Virus record (IMG/VR): IMGVR_UViG_3300043104_000334
Length of the DNA: 64,000 nt
DNA from: a virus
Taxonomy: Duplodnaviria > Caudoviricetes
Strand: one strand, 5' to 3'
Below are positions 57,751 to 64,000 of this stretch, in pieces. Positions within the stretch are counted from its first letter, which is position 1, and each line of letters opens with the position of its first letter. A program made the position numbers and the translations under genes. A model generated the notes under the pieces. The model had not been told where the DNA came from, ran no database searches, and saw only the letters and a program-made list of their open reading frames with translations.

Positions 57751-58863
57751 TTAATTTTGTTTACGTATCATATCACGGTACGCTTCATATCTTCCACTCC
57801 ACTGTTGCTGCAATTGTGCAGTTTCAGTAGTGTCAAGAACAACATTTGCAGAACTCCTTAAGTTGAACGCAATAGGATATCCAACCTGCAAATTGTTCTC
57901 AACAATGTTTGCAATATTGTTTATTGATATCCTAGGGAACGTCTTACCCTCAACACTGATAGGATAACACTTAACTTTTAGGAATGTTCCATACATGCCC
58001 TGATTCTCTTCATAACCCTCTACAAAAGAATGCATGGCATGTTCTTCCCAAGCACCAAGCCGAATAGCATACTGATATTGGGAATTCTCAATAACTAGCC
58101 CATCTGTTAAATAACCATAGGCTCTGTTGATATAGGACATATACCAAATATATTTCTTAAGTTCCTCAAAGTTATTCACCCAAACAAACTTAGGTGACTT
58201 AAACCCGAGACTCTCAAGAACTTTATACTGGTCCTCAACTTCATCTCCATTCTCAACAAACATATTAAATGCTAAGAATGACAGATAGTCAACAGCAGAC
58301 CTAGCTAACGCCGACCTTACAGACGCACGCTGGTCATTATTACCGGTTATCATTTTGAATGCTTCCCACTTATCATTCGGAATAGACATCTCACCGGTTA
58401 TAGCTGTTCGTGCCTTGATAGGAATCTTCTGCGGAAATAGTTTATAAACGTTTTTAATGTCAAGATTAGTACCAGACCGCCCTCTAGTCTCAACATTTAC
58501 AATATTCCCATTGAAGTAGGACACTCTAGTGTTCCAGCCATCAATTTTGAAGGATAGTCGAGAACGCTCATTCAAACCTCTAAATACTTCATTGAACTCT
58601 TCTTCATTGTTAATGGAGTAAATAGACTCTGCCATGTAACCCATTGTAGGATTACAGATTAACCGTGACAGATTGTATTTCTTTAATAACTCTTCTGGAC
58701 ACTCATCAAATGACCAAGGCTGCTTCGAGTGAATATCATCTGGATACTCAAACTTGAAATGTCTCTCAAGCTTATCATACTCAATATCTGACAGTATTGG
58801 TTCTCCCATTAGATAGGTCCATCTCGCGATAATATATCGCTCATACGTATTGTCAATTACCAT
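57751..58863 (-). CDS. ligA: NAD-dependent DNA ligase N-terminal half (Ia, adenylation and OB domains)
   Basis: YLMGEPILSDIEYDKL (domain Ia), KIDG adenylation motif, TRG, ITGE and TDGLVI; ends before the Zn finger. Confidence 0.85.
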   Translation of the reverse strand: MVIDNTYERYIIARWTYLMGEPILSDIEYDKLERHFKFEYPDDIHSKQPWSFDECPEELLKKYNLSRLICNPTMGYMAESIYSINNEEEFNEVFRGLNERSRLSFKIDGWNTRVSYFNGNIVNVETRGRSGTNLDIKNVYKLFPQKIPIKARTAITGEMSIPNDKWEAFKMITGNNDQRASVRSALARSAVDYLSFLAFNMFVENGDEVEDQYKVLESLGFKSPKFVWVNNFEELKKYIWYMSYINRAYGYLTDGLVIENSQYQYAIRLGAWEEHAMHSFVEGYEENQGMYGTFLKVKCYPISVEGKTFPRISINNIANIVENNLQVGYPIAFNLRSSANVVLDTTETAQLQQQWSGRYEAYRDMIRKQN

Positions 58864-58865
58864 TC

Positions 58866-59363
58866 TTAGTTGCTCCTATCAATAACATTGATTGTAACTG
58901 ATTCTTTATTTGTGCTGTATAATGTTTCGTATTGCAAGTCTAGAGTAAGTACATTGTACACCTCAGAAACTGGCACACTAATAATGACATCACCCGGACT
59001 AAGTACTCCAGATGCAATAACCTCACTGCCATTTACAAGTGAATACTCAACATCACATATGTTATCATCATCACTTGTTAAGTTAATGTACAGTAAATCG
59101 TTGTAATATGTCGACATGCTGTTGTAATATACCTTAACAGTTTCATTATGTATATACATAATATTAAGAGTCACACATGCAATAATGATAAGCATACACA
59201 ATACTTCCCATTTACGCCCAGGCTTCCTACAGTAAACATTTGTTACATTTGTTTCTGCATTATACAGCATTTTCTTTACTAGGGTTTTATCTGGTTGGTC
59301 GAGATAATTTGTACCCTTGTAGACATAATTTGGTCTACCACGTATAACTTTAGTCTTTACCAT
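58866..59363 (-). CDS. single-pass membrane protein
   Basis: TM VLCMLIIIACVTLNIMYI. Confidence 0.55.
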   Translation of the reverse strand: MVKTKVIRGRPNYVYKGTNYLDQPDKTLVKKMLYNAETNVTNVYCRKPGRKWEVLCMLIIIACVTLNIMYIHNETVKVYYNSMSTYYNDLLYINLTSDDDNICDVEYSLVNGSEVIASGVLSPGDVIISVPVSEVYNVLTLDLQYETLYSTNKESVTINVIDRSN

Positions 59364-59417
59364 GCTTAATTCACCACATTCAGTTATATATGAAACATAA
59401 ACTAATTTACGTTCATT

Positions 59418-60413
59418 TTATTGAAAAAGCTCGTCTACTCCATAGGTAACACCATCAAGGTATAATGCTAGGTGTAAGTGCGGTCCCGTACATCTTGAAC
59501 CAGTACCACCTGACAATGCAATCGTTTGATACTGTTTAACTTCCTGTCCCTCTTTCACCTTAATCTCAGACAGATGACAAACAAGATATTTTACATTATC
59601 TCCACACTCAACCGTTACAAAATATCCAATAGTATCAGACCATCCACAGGATGATACTGTCCCGTTGAATAGTGCACCCACCTTTGTTCCAACTGCAGCT
59701 CTATAATCAGTACCTGCATGGAATCTAACTTCATTATGATTAAGAGGGTCAACTCTATAACCATATGTTGACGTTACATATTTATCATTTGGAAGAATCC
59801 ATTGAATATTCTTAACATCACCAAGATCATAAGCATCCATTGCTTCAACATATAAAGCTTTTGCATCTTCTAGCTGCTGTTCAACTGACGACAAATCACT
59901 CTCGATAGATTTATAAGAGTAATTCAATTTATAGTCATTAACAACAGAAAGCAGAGAATTCATATTTGATACATTGGATTTGTAAGAACCATCCAATTGC
60001 AATAAGGTATTAATATCAGCCGTAAGAACGTCGGAACTAATCTCACTTGCTATAGCATCATTCTTTGTTTTATAAACAGAGATACTGTCAAGTACATCGT
60101 TTAATTCTTCCTCTCTCTTAGCAATGTACTCTTCCATTATTGCATTATATTGTTCATTCATTGTCTGCTGAGCCTGCATTGATTGCAAGTCATTTTCAAT
60201 GGAATTGATTTCATCTTCAATATCTGATGTTACAGGACCACCTAATGTTAATCCATAGACATTAAGCAAGTCTTCTGTATTATCCGCATAAACCTGCATA
60301 GGTTGGGATGGTAGAATAGAAACTACCATCCCAATTACTATACTAGCCCTGTAAAGCTTCCTGCAGGCTGCGGAGCACATATGTGATTTCAGTATAGTCA
60401 CTACCGTCCTCAT
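59418..60413 (-). CDS. exported coiled-coil M23 metallopeptidase (peptidoglycan hydrolase)
   Basis: HAGTD (HxxxD), CHLS and TGPHLH (HxH); signal-like segment and coiled coil; start ATG 60413 after AGGAGG. Confidence 0.88.
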   Translation of the reverse strand: MRTVVTILKSHMCSAACRKLYRASIVIGMVVSILPSQPMQVYADNTEDLLNVYGLTLGGPVTSDIEDEINSIENDLQSMQAQQTMNEQYNAIMEEYIAKREEELNDVLDSISVYKTKNDAIASEISSDVLTADINTLLQLDGSYKSNVSNMNSLLSVVNDYKLNYSYKSIESDLSSVEQQLEDAKALYVEAMDAYDLGDVKNIQWILPNDKYVTSTYGYRVDPLNHNEVRFHAGTDYRAAVGTKVGALFNGTVSSCGWSDTIGYFVTVECGDNVKYLVCHLSEIKVKEGQEVKQYQTIALSGGTGSRCTGPHLHLALYLDGVTYGVDELFQ

Positions 60414-60669
60414 CTGTGTCCTCCTCACGTGTCATTGTATATCCGTCCACTTCCTCAGGCACCAACATAGCACCTTTTCGATTGTATCTCTGAAGCATAA
60501 GCATAGGCTCATTTGTATATACGTTGTAATATATCAATATGAGCGAATCGTCACCGGCCTCAAGTTCATCCCCAAAGATTTGAACGACATGTTTTTCCAT
60601 GTTAGATTTAAACACATAGTCACTGTTCATAATGTCGTCCCAATTCATTTTTAATAACTTATTCTGCAT
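60343..60669 (-). CDS. hypothetical protein
   Basis: GGAGG RBS directly after rpoC. Confidence 0.55.
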   Translation of the reverse strand: MQNKLLKMNWDDIMNSDYVFKSNMEKHVVQIFGDELEAGDDSLILIYYNVYTNEPMLMLQRYNRKGAMLVPEEVDGYTMTREEDTDEDGSDYTEITYVLRSLQEALQG

Positions 60670-60679
60670 TCGTAACCTC

Positions 60680-63600
60680 CTAAGATTCGACGTCGGAGCC
60701 TATGCCTATCCTTAATCCAAATGCGGCTCTTGTAATCGGATTTGACATTGAGTCATTAGGGTTCATCAAGATTGCCCTAGGCACATATGTATCCATATTT
60801 TCCATAAGGACACTCTCAAAGAAATCATTTTTATACTTTGGAAGAGCTTTCAAACCAAGTAACGTACGCATACTAAGCTGCTGCCCATTCACATCATTAC
60901 AAGCTTCAGGCCAAGTCAGGACAGAGCCAGCTTTATAATATGTCTTCTCACCAGTATGCAACGACTTGTAATCATAAACATTATTAGCATCAGCCCAAAG
61001 ATAGCATACAGACATTGAAGCTACGATTGTTTCAAAGTGCTTAAAGTTTACATCCTGCGTCATGAAAGTATCATATAGCTTTAATGCCAAATAGGATGCC
61101 GCTTTATCAAATCCCCTGTACCGTAACACTTCTTTCATGTTGAGATTACCCTGAATCTTCTGGAAAGAATCACCTTCGTATACATGGTCTTTTAATTTTG
61201 TCTGTGCATGAACGATAATCTTTTTGACAGCAAGTGAACGCATTCTTGATTTCACAATTCTGTCCTCAGGGTTATCAGGGATGATAAAGATTCTCTTGGT
61301 ACCATTACCAAGGTACTGCTCCCTTATTTTTCCATCCACCGGACTTATCATGTCGTACGTAAGAACTCCACGTTTACTCTTCCGTTTAGAAAAGTCATGA
61401 AGCTCAAAGTAATCTTCAATAAGCTGGAATGAAGATGTAAGGTTTGCATCAGTAACGACACCACCCTTTTGGAAGTTCTTCATTGTAAGCTGTGTACCCG
61501 GTTCACCAATAGCCTGTGCCGCAATAAAACCAACGGGTCTGCCGAGTTGTGGCTCATCTGTTCCAGCCGCAATATCCCTGCCATAGCACTTCTTGCAGAC
61601 AGGGCACTTGCAGTAAACTGGAGAACGCATCTCAACAATACCATCACCAGTCTCAACAAATTCATGTGTCTTAGGATTGATATATCCCCACGACTTATCA
61701 ATATGCTGGTAAGCCGCATTGATATTAGGGATGAATACAGACCTACTGTCTTGGCTGGTTCGATCAATACACCAACGACCAACGATAATCTTACTGAGAT
61801 ATTCTCTTGCAGCAAGCAACTGAGTTTTATACTCTGATGAATTCCTGAAAGCATCAACAACCTGCTTTGATGCGTTAGGCACACGAACGCCATACCTTGA
61901 AATCTGTGAATCATCAAGGAACGGTACAATGTCCTCAAGACTGAACTGCATACCCTCAGTTGTTTCACAATCTTCACTGAACACACTCATGATAGCGCCG
62001 GCATGTTCAAGCTTACGTGACATGTATCCCGGGTCAGCAGTAGCAAGTACCTTATCAGCAATACCCTTACGTGAACCATAAGCGGTAATGAATCCCTCGA
62101 GTCCTGTAAGATGACCTGAATAGCATCCGGCAATAATACTATTGAACGCTGTTGTATCATTCTTTTGTACACGACCCTTAAGACCAAATATCTGCATGAT
62201 ATTATTCTTGTCACCCTTACCACCGGACTTCATCATAGCGATATATCCATTATCATCTCCAAGGTTATTGACAAGATAATCTATAACTTCATCACGCAGT
62301 TCGTTCCACCGTTTATTGAAGTAGTTAGAGTATTCAGACTCAATCTCAATTCCAATGTTGACATACTCTTCACGCTCAAGCACATCTTTATTGAAATCAT
62401 CAATAAGTTGCTTTACGTGCTCCTTAACAGTGCTACTAACAATCGTTGAAATATTAGGCGGCCAAATCTTGGCAACTCTGAACCCAAGTTTTACAAGTCT
62501 GTTAATAGCATTTAAGAAGAAAGTCTTATTATTGCTATAAGCATTCTCCAAGATACTCGTAATCTGCTTCGCCTTGATTCCTTTACCCTTAAGGACCGTA
62601 GTAAGGTCCTGCGTATTGAAACCACAATAGATAGCATACTCCAATGCCGCTATTCCTGCTGTCTGCGTTCCAAACGGTGTCTCAACATTGTCATAGATAT
62701 TTATCTTCTGCTTACATACAGCATCATAGATATTTTTACCATGACCATTGTTCTGTGGAAGCCCCATCGATTTCGCGATATTATTCACATCAGCTTGTGA
62801 GAGATTCCTTGATTTTGTATTAGCCGTTGCTGTACTACACATCCATAGACCATAAATGATTTCATGCCGCATAACGATGGTGATTTCACCATTCTTTGGA
62901 TACCGGTAGTTGTTCGTAAAGGACATACGTTCACGTATCTCTTTATTTGCTTCAGCCGTCTGTGCCATATTAAAATGCATCTGGTCACCGTCGAAGTCAG
63001 CATTAAATGGCATAACGACAAGTGGGCTAAGCACAATCGCGTCACCATCAACCGGCTTAATCTTAAATGCTTCTATGCCTAGATAGAACAATGTAGGTTG
63101 TCTACCAGTAGGTCCAAACCTCGGTTCATATTCAAGCCATCTCTTAAGCAAGTCTTTATAAACCAAACCATCTACATCAGTTTTAGTAGAAGTAGATAAT
63201 CTTGCCAGATTCTTCTTTGTTACTTTCTTCGACAGGTCTGGGGCTTCATTACGGAGCCATTGTATAACACTTGGCTCTGCAATCTTATAGAGCATACTCC
63301 ATGGTATTCCTATTGTATCAATAGGCATCTCTGGGTCACAGGTAATTACTGTACGTCCCGAATAATCAATACGCACGCCCTGCATTCTACCACGCATGAG
63401 TCCCTCTTTACCAGTTATTGTATCTGAGATGGATTTATAATCCTTTAATCTTTGTTGCTGAATGACTTGGTCATCTCCAATAAAGATATTCCGGATATAC
63501 TGTACAACCTCTCTGTACTTATTTAACACAGCATAACAGGTTGCGTTTTGCTGCTGTTCAAGGATATCACGCAGTTCAGAGTTAGCATTTACGAGCTTGT

Positions 63601-64000
63601 TGTACTGCGATGTGATGACATCAACACGACCATCAATCGTAGGTCTATAACCCTCAGGCAGTACGAATATGTAACTAAGAATCTGACTTTTAAGTGCTTC
63701 CTTACCATCTCCATCAATCATAGAACTGAGCAAGCTAAGGATTGGAAATTGCTGCATGTTTGTTATATCATAGTTCTCAGTGTTGTCCAACATCTTAGCG
63801 TATACATCATCAATCCTATCTTCTGGCAAATCACCGCTTTCAAGGTCAATGAAATAGGTTCCAAATAACCAACCGTTTTCAATAGATACCCTACCAGAAA
63901 TAATATCTTCAGGGTCTACCGTAACGATAGGTCCAAGATTCAAAGTGCCTGCTTCATAGGCTGCTTTTTCGTCTTTCGATAAAACAGGTACAACATATGT
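60680..64000 (-). CDS. rpoC: multisubunit RNA polymerase beta-prime subunit (5' end outside the window)
   Basis: RIDYSGRTVI, RQPTL, catalytic FNADFDGDQM, bridge helix GSRKGIADKVLATADPGYMSRKL, Zn site RSPVYCKCPVCKKCYG, trigger loop AAQAIGEPGTQLTMK, and KHFETIV. The frame is open to position 64000. Confidence 0.95.
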   Translation of the reverse strand, partial: TYVVPVLSKDEKAAYEAGTLNLGPIVTVDPEDIISGRVSIENGWLFGTYFIDLESGDLPEDRIDDVYAKMLDNTENYDITNMQQFPILSLLSSMIDGDGKEALKSQILSYIFVLPEGYRPTIDGRVDVITSQYNKLVNANSELRDILEQQQNATCYAVLNKYREVVQYIRNIFIGDDQVIQQQRLKDYKSISDTITGKEGLMRGRMQGVRIDYSGRTVITCDPEMPIDTIGIPWSMLYKIAEPSVIQWLRNEAPDLSKKVTKKNLARLSTSTKTDVDGLVYKDLLKRWLEYEPRFGPTGRQPTLFYLGIEAFKIKPVDGDAIVLSPLVVMPFNADFDGDQMHFNMAQTAEANKEIRERMSFTNNYRYPKNGEITIVMRHEIIYGLWMCSTATANTKSRNLSQADVNNIAKSMGLPQNNGHGKNIYDAVCKQKINIYDNVETPFGTQTAGIAALEYAIYCGFNTQDLTTVLKGKGIKAKQITSILENAYSNNKTFFLNAINRLVKLGFRVAKIWPPNISTIVSSTVKEHVKQLIDDFNKDVLEREEYVNIGIEIESEYSNYFNKRWNELRDEVIDYLVNNLGDDNGYIAMMKSGGKGDKNNIMQIFGLKGRVQKNDTTAFNSIIAGCYSGHLTGLEGFITAYGSRKGIADKVLATADPGYMSRKLEHAGAIMSVFSEDCETTEGMQFSLEDIVPFLDDSQISRYGVRVPNASKQVVDAFRNSSEYKTQLLAAREYLSKIIVGRWCIDRTSQDSRSVFIPNINAAYQHIDKSWGYINPKTHEFVETGDGIVEMRSPVYCKCPVCKKCYGRDIAAGTDEPQLGRPVGFIAAQAIGEPGTQLTMKNFQKGGVVTDANLTSSFQLIEDYFELHDFSKRKSKRGVLTYDMISPVDGKIREQYLGNGTKRIFIIPDNPEDRIVKSRMRSLAVKKIIVHAQTKLKDHVYEGDSFQKIQGNLNMKEVLRYRGFDKAASYLALKLYDTFMTQDVNFKHFETIVASMSVCYLWADANNVYDYKSLHTGEKTYYKAGSVLTWPEACNDVNGQQLSMRTLLGLKALPKYKNDFFESVLMENMDTYVPRAILMNPNDSMSNPITRAAFGLRIGIGSDVES

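Noticed and set aside
375-63868. All plus-strand ORFs and the short nested minus-strand alternative-frame ORFs in the track
   Set aside because: They are shadows of longer minus-strand genes that have RBSs and recognisable motifs, and they have no independent support.
1-64000. Stop-codon reassignment (code 15 or code 4), as in some gut jumbo phages
   Set aside because: Coding density is high under code 11, and TAA, TAG and TGA all terminate genes directly before the next RBS.
60680-64000. Host chromosomal rpoC locus
   Set aside because: The sequence is too divergent from bacterial RpoC and is not followed by rpsL/rpsG. The neighbourhood is orphan-rich, with all genes on one strand.

Overview
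64-kb slice of a very large, AT-rich mobile replicon, most likely a jumbo phage (possibly a giant extrachromosomal element) of a gut Firmicute. A Lachnospiraceae/Clostridia host is inferred from the style of the His-less HPr protein and the AGGAG-type RBSs. All credible genes lie on the minus strand, tightly packed, in genetic code 11. No capsid, tail or terminase gene was recognised. The window encodes its own transcription and replication machinery: a divergent multisubunit RNA polymerase beta-prime (runs off the right edge), a full family-A DNA polymerase plus a second short atypical PolA domain, RNase H, a DnaG core, a DEDDh exonuclease and an NAD-dependent ligase split into two distant genes. 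It also carries translation and proteostasis functions (tmRNA, peptide deformylase, short DnaK), repair or counter-defence genes (NADAR, HhH-GPD, ASCH, SLOG), host-physiology modulators (HD-GYP, PilZ, HPr-like, PQ-loop) and many lipoproteins and membrane proteins. The most notable candidates are: (1) a type VII secretion-like module, with an EssC/EccC-like multi-domain FtsK ATPase upstream of two WXG100-like proteins that share an identical 26-nt leader; (2) an N-terminal 'ELLxAA' peptide shared by six proteins from five unrelated groups; (3) an atypical PolA/RNase H cluster followed by a 147-nt tRNA-like structured RNA; (4) an element-borne c-di-GMP degrader and receptor pair. All family calls come from motif recognition by eye; no searches were run.
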